DNA from: Spirochaetia bacterium
Lineage (GTDB): Bacteria; Spirochaetota; Spirochaetia; SZUA-6; Bin103
Length of the DNA stretch: 64,000 nt
Assembly (NCBI GenBank): GCA_965203905.1
Contig: CBDBDQ010000005.1
Location: 7,104,001-7,168,000 of the forward strand
Direction: 5' to 3'
Part shown: positions 1 to 9,415 of the stretch, in pieces
How positions within the stretch are numbered: the first letter of the stretch is position 1
Layout of the letters: each line of letters opens with the position of its first letter
Program-made: the position numbers and the translations under genes
The notes under the pieces: model-generated
What the model saw: the letters and a program-made list of their open reading frames with translations, nothing else
Database searches by the model: none
Told to the model about the DNA's origin: nothing

Positions 1-2
1 AG

Positions 3-452
3 TTCCTCGCCCAGACCTGGCTGGCCGACCCGCGGCTCGCCATCTGGTCGCTGGTGGTGGTCGGCATCTGGGCCGGCCTGGGTTTCAACCTGGTGGTCTA
101 CCTGGCGTCGCTGCAGGCGGCTGATCCAAGCCTGAAGGACGCCGCCCGCATCGACGGCGCCAGCCCCGGACAGGTGTTCCGCTTCATCACCTTCCCACTG
201 CTGCGCAACACCCACCTGGTGCTGATGATGCTGGGCATCATTGCCGCGGTGCAGACCTTCGAGGTGCCCTTCATCATGACCGAGGGCGGCCCCTACGGCG
301 CCACCACCACGCTGGCGATCGACGTCTACAAGAACGTGTTCAACTTCGGCGAGTTCGGCTACGGCGCCGCGATATCGCTGTTCACCATGGTGATCCTGGT
401 GCTGCTGATCCTGCTGCAGCGCCTGCTCCTGCGCGAGCAGAGGATCGACTGA
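3..452 (+). CDS. carbohydrate ABC transporter permease (5'-truncated by window edge)
   Basis: EAA-loop-like DAARIDGAS motif, hydrophobic helices, GYGAAI C-terminal motif; frame open to window start. Confidence 0.9.
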   Translation, partial: FLAQTWLADPRLAIWSLVVVGIWAGLGFNLVVYLASLQAADPSLKDAARIDGASPGQVFRFITFPLLRNTHLVLMMLGIIAAVQTFEVPFIMTEGGPYGATTTLAIDVYKNVFNFGEFGYGAAISLFTMVILVLLILLQRLLLREQRID

Positions 453-1261
453 TGCTGCGCCGCGAGGACCGGGTGCGCGCCCTCAACACCGTGCTGATGG
501 TCGTCGTCACCACGATTCTGATGTTGCCGGTCATCCACGCCTTCGGGCGTTCGATCGAGCCACCCGGCGGCCTGGGCAACTATCTGCGCGTGCTGACCGA
601 CGTCCGCCTGCCACGGTTCTATTTCAACAGCGTCGTGGTCAGCGCGGGCACCATCCTGCTCACCGTGGCGTGCGCGAGCCTGGCGGGGTTCGCGTTCTCC
701 AAGCTCCGGTTCCCGTTCAAGAACCTGTTGTTCATCATCCTGCTGATTACCCTGCTGGTGCCGTTCACGACCATGATCATCCCGCTCTTCGTGTTGATCC
801 GAGGGCTGGACCTCTACAACACCTACCTCGCCCTGATCCTGCCCCTGGCGGCGTTCGGAGTGCCGTTCCACACCGTGCTCACCGCCAACTACCTGAACAG
901 CCTGCCCAACGAACTGATCGACTCGGCGCGCATCGACGGCTGCTCCGACCTGGGCGTGTTCTGGCGCATCATGCTGCCGTTGAGCCTGCCAGTGCAGGCG
1001 GTGGTGATCGTGCTTACCTTCCTGGGGTCGTGGAACAACTACATCCTGCCGCTGATCATGCTCAAGGACCAGCAGATGCACACCGTGCCCCTTGCCGCGG
1101 TGAGTTGGGCTTACCAGGCGGGCGCGCTGTCCCAGTTCGGTGAGATATCGTACGACACCCTGTTCGCGGCGCTGTTCCTGCTGGCGGCGCCGACGCTGAT
1201 CATCTTCCTGCTGTTCCAACGCGTGTTCATCGGCAGCGTCACCTCCGGCGCGATCAAGTAG
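452..1261 (+). CDS. carbohydrate ABC transporter permease (MalG-type)
   Basis: DSARIDGCS EAA loop, WNNY motif, C-terminal GAIK; TGATG overlap with upstream permease. Confidence 0.92.
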   Translation: MLRREDRVRALNTVLMVVVTTILMLPVIHAFGRSIEPPGGLGNYLRVLTDVRLPRFYFNSVVVSAGTILLTVACASLAGFAFSKLRFPFKNLLFIILLITLLVPFTTMIIPLFVLIRGLDLYNTYLALILPLAAFGVPFHTVLTANYLNSLPNELIDSARIDGCSDLGVFWRIMLPLSLPVQAVVIVLTFLGSWNNYILPLIMLKDQQMHTVPLAAVSWAYQAGALSQFGEISYDTLFAALFLLAAPTLIIFLLFQRVFIGSVTSGAIK

Positions 1262-1271
1262 TGCGGCGCCG

Positions 1272-1449
1272 TCAGGCGCGGGCGGGGTGGATCGGATCGA
1301 CCCATTCCACCTTTTCCGGCTCCTCGGCCACGGGGATGTCCAGGTTCACCACCACCGGTTCCTGGTCTCGGCGCACCAGCACGCACTCCAACGCCTCCTC
1401 GCGGCTGGCGTTGATCGCCTGGTGCGGCACGTACGGCACGTAGATGAAG
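1272..1449 (-). repeat. diverged duplicate of the 3' end of the cupin gene (4087-4267)
   Basis: Translates FIYVP-YVPHQAINASREEALECVLVRRDQEPVVVNLDIPVAEEPEKVEWVDPIHPARA* versus FIYVPPYVPHQEINAS...HPARE*; 6 aa changes plus one codon deleted. Confidence 0.95.
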
Positions 1450-1450
1450 A

Positions 1451-1479
1451 TTGACAACCCGGACACGGAAGCGTACCGT
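1451..1479 (+). promoter_or_regulatory. sigma70-type promoter of the NYN cassette
   Basis: TTGACA (1451-1456), 17 nt spacer, TACCGT (1474-1479). Confidence 0.7.
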
Positions 1480-1484
1480 AGAAG

Positions 1485-1565
1485 AGCATCCCGTTGGGAT
1501 GGTTTGCGTGCGGCCCCGTTGGGGTCATGTTGATCTGGGCCCCACTTCGGGGCCCTTTTCTTTTC
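1485..1565 (+). ncRNA. putative small structured RNA upstream of NYN nuclease (candidate RNA antitoxin or leader)
   Basis: Two hairpins with identical CCC-GUU-GGG apex (1487-1501, 1512-1526) followed by an intrinsic terminator. Confidence 0.5.
1537..1565 (+). terminator. intrinsic terminator between promoter and NYN start codon
   Basis: GGGCCCC-ACTTC-GGGGCCC followed by TTTTCTTTTC. Confidence 0.8.
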
Positions 1566-1578
1566 TTGAGTCTGGGCT

Positions 1579-2250
1579 TTGACTGATTCGTATGCAGGGT
1601 TCATAGATGTCGGCTTCCTGCATGCCGAAGGTGCGAGGAAGATTCGCAAGAAGAGAAGCTCCGTCCGACTCCAGGCAGCGGAAGTCGTACGCTGGCTCCA
1701 AAGCCTCACCCGAACGCCGTTCGTCGACGGATCATTCCTGAGGGCCTATTGGTACGACGCGGCTTTTGGCCCTGAGCATCCGCGTTACCGCGACCAGCGA
1801 AAGTTCCTCGACGCGATCGCGCATACACCGGGAGTCCAACTGCGGCTCGGTCACCTCGCGGAGCATCCCTCCAGATTGGAGAAGCCGGTCAGGCAAGCCC
1901 TGGCCTCCACGGCCTATCGTCTTGGCATCGAGCCCGACCGTCTGACCGCCGAGTTCGATCGACATTGGACCTTTCGGCCGGAGCGCCGACAGAAGGGCGT
2001 CGATACGCTGATCGCGCTGGACATGGTTCGCCTCGCAGGCCGTTCGGTGTTCTCCACCGCCGTGTTGATTGCCGGCGACCGGGATCTGGCGGAGGTAGTA
2101 CGCACAACACAAGACTTCGGAGTACGAGCGCTTGTCGCAACCCCGGACGAGGACAGCGTCTCCAAAGAGTTGGCCCAGCTTGCCGACGAAGTGATAGTCA
2201 TGAACCAGGATGAGCTTGAGAAGATGATGGCCGACCGCCTCTCAGCGTAG
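1579..2250 (+). CDS. NYN domain (PIN-like, LabA/DUF88) ribonuclease
   Basis: FIDVGF N-terminus, YWYDA, QKGVDTLIALD, AGDRDL, LADE motifs typical of NYN; TTG start. Confidence 0.9.
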   Translation: MTDSYAGFIDVGFLHAEGARKIRKKRSSVRLQAAEVVRWLQSLTRTPFVDGSFLRAYWYDAAFGPEHPRYRDQRKFLDAIAHTPGVQLRLGHLAEHPSRLEKPVRQALASTAYRLGIEPDRLTAEFDRHWTFRPERRQKGVDTLIALDMVRLAGRSVFSTAVLIAGDRDLAEVVRTTQDFGVRALVATPDEDSVSKELAQLADEVIVMNQDELEKMMADRLSA

Positions 2251-2277
2251 CCTCGCGCCACCGGCCGGGCGTCGGCA

Positions 2278-2382
2278 ACCCTGTGCGCGGCACTGTTCCT
2301 GCTGGCGGCGCCGACGTTGATCATCTTCCTGCTGTTCCAGCGCGTGTTCATCGGCAGCGTCACCGCCGTCGCGATCAAGTGA
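2278..2382 (+). repeat. diverged duplicate of the 3' end of the permease gene (1157-1261)
   Basis: 97/105 nt identical by manual alignment, same frame, ends in a stop (TGA vs TAG). Confidence 0.95.
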
Positions 2383-2435
2383 TTCGCTCTGCCCATGGTG
2401 TAGTCAGTCCTCGCTTGAGATGCCCTCGGCGACCC

Positions 2436-4013
2436 TCACATGCCCCACACGTCGACCGGCACCGCGCCCTGGCCGCGCCGCTGATGCGCCGAGTGGCGCC
2501 GGAGATGGAATACCTTCTCCTCCCAGCTCCGGTTCTCCCGCCGGTCGATGACGACCAGGTGCCCCGCCTCGGCAGCGCAACGATCCACGTACCTTGCCGT
2601 CTGCTCCACGCCCTCGTCCATGACGCTCTCAAGCCCGTTGTACTCGCGGACCACCTTGCACTCCACCACGAACTCCTGCACCCGGCCTGCCAGCGGCCAC
2701 ACGATCAGCAGGTCGACCCGTCCGCTCCCCAGGGCGTACTCCCGCTCGATGCGGCCGCCGCCGTTCACGATCCGCTGCAGGTACGCCTGCAGGAGCAACT
2801 GCGGCCACGCCTCCTCGTACGCGAAGCGGGTCCTCCAATACTGCGAGTTACGGCGGAAGAAGCTCTGAAACTCCTCCATCAGCAAGTCTGCGTCCAAGCT
2901 GCCGTCCGCCCTCATGTACCGTGGCGGTGACAGGTCCAGCGTCTCCTGCGCCGCCCATGCGAGCTCGCGCGGCAGCACCTCGGCGTAGATCGGGTTCGCC
3001 ACCCGCAACGGCGCATCGGGGGCCACCAGCCCCAGGTCGCGTACGTACGAGATATCGCGGTCCGTAAGGGTGTGCCGGTCCGTGCCGCTCAGCATCGGCT
3101 CGATCACCCGTCGCACGCGATCCTCGCGCAGCTTGTCCGCCAGATAATCCAGGTGCGTCACCCGGTTCACGATCAGCTCCTCGCGGGCCGCGGCGATGTC
3201 GTCCGAGGTCACCGTTCGCGAACGGTCTTCGCACAATGCCTTGTTCTCGAAGCAGGCCACGTTCGCCAGCGCGTTCACCAGCCAGGGCTGGCCGCAGGTC
3301 AGCGTCCACACCGCTTCCAGCGCCTCCGGAGCGAACGCCTGGCCCGTGTCCTTGGTGTGCTGATGCAGCAGAGCCAGCGTCTCTTCGTGCGAGAAGTCGC
3401 CCATCCGCAACGACTTCGCTGCGATGTTGAACGGGCTGCCCGCGGCGCCCATCCGGTAATCGCGCGGGTCGCGCATGCCGCACAGGACCACGCTGTGGGG
3501 GAAGCGCGCCGGGCGGCCGGGGTAGCCGGCGCGAAGCTGTTGGAGCACCGAGAGCAGCGAATCACCCACCAGCGTATCGATCTCGTCGATCAGCAGCACC
3601 AGCGGCCGCGGCGACGCCTCGGCCCAATGCTCCAGTGCCACGCTCAACGCCAGGTCCGGCCCGAACTCGGCGAGGGTTGCCGCCCAGATGTCCCGAAGGA
3701 ACCGGTCGCCCAGAGCAGCACTCGCCGCGTTCGCCAGCGCGGCGAGCACCACGCGCATCGCCCGCTGCACGTCGTCACGGGCGGTGCGGGCGGTTTCTAC
3801 CGTAACGTACACGCACCCGTAGTCGCGCTCGTTCAGCAGTTCGGCCAGCGCCAGCAGCGCCGAGGTCTTCCCCGTCTGCCGTGGCGCGTGCAGCACGAAG
3901 TACTTCTTGTCGCGCACCAAGCCGAGCACCGCGCCCAGATCGATCCTCGACAGCGGCGCGATCAGGTAATGATCGATCGGGTTTACGGGGCCGGCGGTGT
4001 TGAACGAACGCAT
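2436..4013 (-). CDS. AAA-like ATPase with C-terminal PD-(D/E)xK-type nuclease domain
   Basis: FNTAGP start, Walker A APRQTGKTS, Walker B LLIDEID, C-terminal REYALGSGRVDL...VVECK. Confidence 0.88.
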   Translation of the reverse strand: MRSFNTAGPVNPIDHYLIAPLSRIDLGAVLGLVRDKKYFVLHAPRQTGKTSALLALAELLNERDYGCVYVTVETARTARDDVQRAMRVVLAALANAASAALGDRFLRDIWAATLAEFGPDLALSVALEHWAEASPRPLVLLIDEIDTLVGDSLLSVLQQLRAGYPGRPARFPHSVVLCGMRDPRDYRMGAAGSPFNIAAKSLRMGDFSHEETLALLHQHTKDTGQAFAPEALEAVWTLTCGQPWLVNALANVACFENKALCEDRSRTVTSDDIAAAREELIVNRVTHLDYLADKLREDRVRRVIEPMLSGTDRHTLTDRDISYVRDLGLVAPDAPLRVANPIYAEVLPRELAWAAQETLDLSPPRYMRADGSLDADLLMEEFQSFFRRNSQYWRTRFAYEEAWPQLLLQAYLQRIVNGGGRIEREYALGSGRVDLLIVWPLAGRVQEFVVECKVVREYNGLESVMDEGVEQTARYVDRCAAEAGHLVVIDRRENRSWEEKVFHLRRHSAHQRRGQGAVPVDVWGM

Positions 4014-4086
4014 TTTTTTTTGGTCCGGCTTCCTGCGAAGGGTATCACAGGCGCATTCCCGACCTGATGTGTCCCAGCCGGCGCGG

Positions 4087-4557
4087 CTACTCGCGGGCGG
4101 GGTGGATCGGATCCACCCAGTCCACCTCTTCCGGTTCCTCTGCCACGGGGATGTCCAGGTTCACCACCACCGGTTCCTGGTCGCTGCGCACCAAGACGCA
4201 CTGCAGCGCCTCCTCGCGGCTGGCGTTGATCTCCTGGTGCGGCACGTAGGGCGGCACGTAGATGAAGTCGCCGGGGCCCGCCTCCGCCACGTACTCCAGG
4301 CGCTCGCCCCAGCGCATGCGCGCCCGGCCGCGCACCACGTAGATCACGCTCTCCAGCGCTCCGTGGTGGTGGGCGCCGGTCTTGGCGTTGGGATGGATCT
4401 CGACCGTGCCCGCCCACAGCTTCTCGGCACCGGCGCTGGCGCGGTTGATCGCCGCCGCCCGCGTCATTCCCGGCGTCTGCGGCGTGTTGAAGTCCAGCCG
4501 CTCGCTCGTTACCACGCGCACGCCGTGCGTACGCCAATTGCGCTCCGCCTCTGCCAT
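4087..4557 (-). CDS. cupin domain protein
   Basis: GAHHHGALESVIY and PPYVPHQEIN cupin metal motifs; ATG at 4557. Confidence 0.88.
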   Translation of the reverse strand: MAEAERNWRTHGVRVVTSERLDFNTPQTPGMTRAAAINRASAGAEKLWAGTVEIHPNAKTGAHHHGALESVIYVVRGRARMRWGERLEYVAEAGPGDFIYVPPYVPHQEINASREEALQCVLVRSDQEPVVVNLDIPVAEEPEEVDWVDPIHPARE

Positions 4558-5588
4558 CCGCTGTCCCCGCGCCCATCCTACCCGCCGCGCGCTGCAAGTG
4601 GCGACACCCGCGCTCGGCCGAAGGAGCACGCCTCGGCGTATGGCTGGCGTGGCTGGCGGCGCCGACTTGCGTGGGCGCGGGCGCACGGCTACCATGACCC
4701 ATTGTCGGATCACGGTTCCAAGGAGGGCCCCTATATGCCACGCTCCGTTTCCGCAGTTTCGCTGATCGTCATTCCCCTGCTGATGGCGACCGTCCCGCTG
4801 CTGGCCAGCGGTACCGAGGAAGGCGGCGCAGCCGCCGGCGCCACGGGCGGCGCCAACATGGCCCTCGCCATGATCGACGAAGAGCCGTACATCGACCACA
4901 TCCACGCCAGCCCCGCGGCCTACACCGCCGCCACCGGCACGGCGCTCGACACCTTCTACGAGGCGCCCGTGCTGGCCGCCCTGGTGGCCGAGGGCAAGCT
5001 GCCGCCGGTGGAGGAACGGATCGGCCGTGATCCGCAGGTAATCCGCCCGGCGTTCGAGATCGGGCAGTACGGCGGCATCCTCAACGACGTCGGCAGCGAG
5101 GGAGACGCCGGACAGCTCGTCGAGGAAGGGCAGCAGCCGATGGCCAAGTGGAATCCGCCGGCCAACATCTTCTATCCCAACATCGCCCGCACCTGGGACA
5201 TTTCCGACGACGGGCTGGTGTTCACGCTCAACCTGCGCCACGGCATGAAGTGGTCCGACGGCGAGGATCTCGACGCCGACGACTTCGTGTTCTTCTACGA
5301 GGCGATCCTCGCCAACGAGGAGATCAACGCGGTGACCCCCGAGCCGCGCGGCCGCTACCGGCCCGGCGGCGAACTGATGCAAATACGGGTGCCGGACCGC
5401 TACACCGTCGAGTACACCTTCGCCGCGCCGTACCACAACGCCGCCGAGAGCGGCTGGGCGCGGGGCCGTTCCTTCGCCCCGGAGCACCACCTGAGCAAGT
5501 ACCACCTCGAATACAACGACGAGTAAACATTCGGTCTACCGGTGTGGGACCGCTGGACACATCCGGACCGGTGTGCTACGAATGAGGT

Positions 5589-7214
5589 GTGGGAGGGTTC
5601 TGGCGGAAAACGAGTGGCTGCACGGCGGCGTGCCAGAGCCAGATGGACGAGTTGCGGTGCGAGGTAGTAGAGCTGCGACGACAGGCGCGCTATTACCGCA
5701 GGATGCACGGCAAGGCGGTAGCGCGCGAGCAACGGCTGAAACAGAAACTGCAAGCGGCACGGGCCAAGCTCAAGGAACTGCGCCAGCGCCTGCGGGAACG
5801 CTGGGCACGGCGCCGCGGCAGCGAGAAGCGAACCAGGAGTGGCGGCGCTCCTGAGGCAACCGCCGCGCCACCGCGGCGCCGCGGTCAGCAACCCGGGGCG
5901 CCAAGCCATGGTCGGCGCCGGCACGCACACCTGCCGGTACAGGTTGAAGCACACGACGTTGCCCCGGACCGGCGCCGCTGCGCGGCCTGCGGCGCTGAGT
6001 ATCATTCGCACGGCAGCGAGGATTCCGAGCAGTTGGAAGTCGAGGTGCGCGCCTACCGGCGGGTGATCAAGCGGCGGCGCTACCGCCGCAGCTGCCAGTG
6101 CACGGCGGCCGCGGCGGTGCTCACGGCGCCAGCGCCGCCACGGCTGATCCCGAACGGCATCCTGGGGATCTCGATCTGGGTGACGGTGCTGCTCGACAAG
6201 TATCTGCTGTACCGGCCCACGCATCGGTTGCTCGCGGATCTACGCACGCATGGGCTGGATCTTGCCCAAGGCACCGTCACCGACGGTCTGCGGCGTCTGG
6301 CGCCGTTGTTCGCGCCACTGCGCGAGGCGCTGATCGAACGCAGCCGCACGAGCGAGCACTGGCATGCTGACGAGACCAGCTGGCAGGTGTTCGAGGCGGC
6401 CAGCGAGGACACCTGCCAGCGCTGGTGTCTGTGGCTGTTCTGGAGTGCCGAGGTGGTGGTATTCACGCTCGATCCAACCCGTTCGGCGCGGGTGCCGAAG
6501 CAGCATTTTGCGACCGTGACGGGGGGCGTGGTGAGCGTCGACCGCTTCTCCTCGTACAAGCGGCTGGCCAAGGATACCGAGCTGGAGTTGTCGTTCTGCT
6601 GGGTGCACATGCGCCGCGACTTCATCACGGTAGCCCATGAGCGGGACGATCAGCAGGAGTGGGCCGAGCAGTGGCTGGCTGACATCGCTACGCTGTATCG
6701 CCTGAACGACGAGCGTCTTGAGGTGCGTGGTGAGCCCGCGCAGTACGCGGCGGCCGATGCGGCGTTGCGGGCGGTGGTGCAGGCGATGGAAGAGCGACGA
6801 GAGCGCGAACTGGCGCAGCAGCCGAAGCTGGCGGCAGCGTGTGCGAAGGTGCTGCGCAGCATGCGCAACCACTGGCAGGGGCTGACGCGGTTCGTCGAGG
6901 ATCCCGACTTGCCGCTGGACAATAATCAAGCCGAGCGTGCGCTGCGCGGCCCGGTGGTGGGGCGCAAGAACTACTACGGCTCGGGGGCGCAGTGGAGCGG
7001 TGAGTTGAGCGCGGCGCTGTTCAGCCTGTTCCACACCCTCGAACGATGGCAGATCAACCCGCGTACTTGGCTGACCGAGTACCTGAGCGCCTGTGCGGTC
7101 GCCGGCGCTCGCGTGCCTGAAGACTACGAGCGGTTCCTGCCCTGGCACCGTCCCGAGGCGCGCTTGCTGCCCCGCGGCTCACCCGCCAAGCTGGTCGACG
7201 ACCGTGCCGCCTGA
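5589..7214 (+). CDS. tnpC: IS66 family transposase TnpC
   Basis: N-terminal coiled coil, CAAC..CQC zinc finger, HADETSW / SVDRF / CWVHMRR / DNNQAER DDE motifs. Confidence 0.93.
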   Translation: MGGFWRKTSGCTAACQSQMDELRCEVVELRRQARYYRRMHGKAVAREQRLKQKLQAARAKLKELRQRLRERWARRRGSEKRTRSGGAPEATAAPPRRRGQQPGAPSHGRRRHAHLPVQVEAHDVAPDRRRCAACGAEYHSHGSEDSEQLEVEVRAYRRVIKRRRYRRSCQCTAAAAVLTAPAPPRLIPNGILGISIWVTVLLDKYLLYRPTHRLLADLRTHGLDLAQGTVTDGLRRLAPLFAPLREALIERSRTSEHWHADETSWQVFEAASEDTCQRWCLWLFWSAEVVVFTLDPTRSARVPKQHFATVTGGVVSVDRFSSYKRLAKDTELELSFCWVHMRRDFITVAHERDDQQEWAEQWLADIATLYRLNDERLEVRGEPAQYAAADAALRAVVQAMEERRERELAQQPKLAAACAKVLRSMRNHWQGLTRFVEDPDLPLDNNQAERALRGPVVGRKNYYGSGAQWSGELSAALFSLFHTLERWQINPRTWLTEYLSACAVAGARVPEDYERFLPWHRPEARLLPRGSPAKLVDDRAA

Positions 7215-8100
7215 GGCGGTGCGCTACTGCGGCCGGCCCTTCAGCGAGCAGGAGCTGCAGTTGATCCGCGCGCTCATCGCTGAGGACCCTACCCGCCATC
7301 GGTTCGCCCTCTCGAAGGTGGTGTGCGAACGGCTGCACTGGCGGCGTGCCAACGGACAACTGAAGGACATGAGCTGTCGCGTCGCGATGCTGCGCATGCA
7401 CCGCGACGGGCTCATCCGGCTGCCGGCGCCGCGGCGGCGTCACTACAACGGCACGCTGCGCCGCCGTCGTACCGCGCAGGCGGAACCGGAGCTGCCGATC
7501 AGCGCCCGCGTCGATGAGCTGCCCGCGCTGCAGGTACGACCGCTGGCCGATCAGCGCGAAGCGCTCCTATGGCGCGAGTACGTGGACCGCTACCACTACC
7601 TTGGCTATACGCCGCTACCGGGTGCGCAGCAGCGCTACTTGGTCACCTGCCAGCGGCAGGTGCTGGCGGTGGTCGGCTTTGGCGCCAGCGCCTGGAAGGC
7701 GGCTCCTCGCGACCGCTTCATCGGCTGGAGCGTTGCCCAGCGCGAAGCGCGGCTGCACCTGGTGGTGAACAACGCCCGCTTCTTGATCCTGCCTTGGGTG
7801 CAGGTGTGCAATCTCGCTTCCACCGTGCTGGCGCGCATCAGCCGCCGGCTGCCCGCCGACTGGCAGGCGCGTTATGGGTACCGACCGCTGCTGCTGGAGA
7901 CCTTCGTGCAGTCCGACCGCTTCGCCGGTACCAGCTACCGCGCCGCCAACTGGACCCACGTCGGACAAACCCAAGGACGCGGCAAACTCGACGTACGTCG
8001 AATGCACACGCTGCCCACCAAAGACATCTGGCTCTACCCGCTCAGGCGCGACTTCCGCCGTCGACTGTGCGCTCCTCTTGATCCGCCCCCCAACCTGTAG
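7204..8100 (+). CDS. DUF4338 (DruA-like) domain protein
   Basis: YHYLGY, RDRFIGW, VVNNARFLILPWV, NLAS, LLETFV, GTSYRAANW, G-T-GRG motifs; GTG start overlapping the tnpC end is inferred. Confidence 0.88.
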   Translation: MPPEAVRYCGRPFSEQELQLIRALIAEDPTRHRFALSKVVCERLHWRRANGQLKDMSCRVAMLRMHRDGLIRLPAPRRRHYNGTLRRRRTAQAEPELPISARVDELPALQVRPLADQREALLWREYVDRYHYLGYTPLPGAQQRYLVTCQRQVLAVVGFGASAWKAAPRDRFIGWSVAQREARLHLVVNNARFLILPWVQVCNLASTVLARISRRLPADWQARYGYRPLLLETFVQSDRFAGTSYRAANWTHVGQTQGRGKLDVRRMHTLPTKDIWLYPLRRDFRRRLCAPLDPPPNL

Positions 8101-9415
8101 ACCGAATACTTACAACGACGATGCCGCAAGTGTCGCCAAGGAAGAAGGTTACGAGACCTGGATGGACGCGTTCGCGGCCCACCATTCCGACCGCGGACAC
8201 TCCGGCTCGCGGCCGGTGGCGCACCGCTTTCCCGAGCTGCCCACCACTGACACCTGGGTGCTGAAGGAGGCCAAGCCGGGAGTCCGCTTCTGGGGCCGCA
8301 ACCCCTTCTACTGGAAGGTGGACACGGCCGGCAATCAGCTCCCCTACGCCGACGGCGTGCAGGTGCTGGTCGTCGAGAACCCGGCCGACGTGGTGCCGGC
8401 CAAGGCGATGGCCGGCGAGCTCGACTGGCCCAAGAACGAGTTCATGGACATCGCCGACGCACCGGCCTACCGCCGCAACGAGGCCTCGGGAGGCTACCGC
8501 ACCCATCTCTGGCCCAGCTATGGCGGCGCCTTCGCCTTCGGCGTGGTGCTCAACTACACCAACAAGGATCCGGTCAAGCGCGAGCTGTTCAACGACCTGC
8601 GCTTCCGCCAGGCGCTGTCGCTGTCGATCAACCGCCAGGAGATCAGCGACAAGCTGTACTTCGGCGAGTCGGTCCCCTGGGTGGCCCCGGTCAGTCCCAC
8701 CTGGACCGGGTTCGAGGACTGGATGGCGACCCACTATGCCGAGTACGACGTGGACCGCGCCAACGCGCTGCTGGACGAGATCGGGCTGGCCTGGGACGCC
8801 GACCGCACCTGGCGCGTGCAGTCGGACGGCAAGCCGCTGGCCATCGACGGCAGCTACAGCAGCAACCTGCAGACCACCGCCGACGCCATGGAGCTGCTGT
8901 CCCGCTACTGGGCGGCGATCGGGGTGCGGATGGAACCGAAGTTCGTGCAGGGCGAGCTGTGGACGGAACGCGGCTTCGCCAACCTGTGGGACGCCGGCTT
9001 CGGCGGTCACGGGACTCCCGAGGCGGTGGCGCGTGCCGACTACCCGCTGAACCTGATCCCGCCGTGGCACTACTACCACTGCTGTCCCAAGTCCTCCTAC
9101 CCGTGGGGCACCTGGTACCACACGTTCGGCGAGCAGGGCGAGGTGCCGCCGCCGGAGATCCAGCGGCTGTTCGAGCTTGCCGATGAGTGGGCGAAGACGA
9201 AGCCGGGCACCCAGGAGTATCACGACACGGTCAATGAGCTGATCAGGTTGAACGTGGAGAACCTGTACGCGATCGGCACCGTGTCGACGCCGCCGACGCC
9301 GATGATCGTGAACAACCGGGTGGGCAACGTGCCGGGTGAGATCGGCTACCTGCTGATGAGCCAGGTGGAGACCTACAACATCGATACGATCTACATAAAG
9401 AGCTGATGATCCTTC

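Larger units (their letters stand above)
5523..8113 (+). mobile_element. IS66-family insertion sequence (2591 bp) with DUF4338 passenger
   Basis: TIRs GTAAACATTCGGTCTAC / GTAGACCGAATACTTAC (15/17 match, GTAA ends); 8-bp TSD AACGACGA at 5515-5522 and 8114-8121. Confidence 0.96.
4735..9406 (+). pseudogene. peptide/oligosaccharide ABC substrate-binding protein (family 5) interrupted by IS66
   Basis: AGGAGG SD before ATG 4735; GKLPPVEER, KWSDG, NPFYWKVDTAGNQLPY, FRQALSLSINR motifs; halves rejoin in frame (..LEYND|DAAS..) once 5523-8121 is removed. Confidence 0.93.

Noticed and set aside
1272-1709. 145-aa minus-strand ORF
   Set aside because: Chance read-through from NYN antisense sequence into the duplicated cupin tail; not a coherent gene
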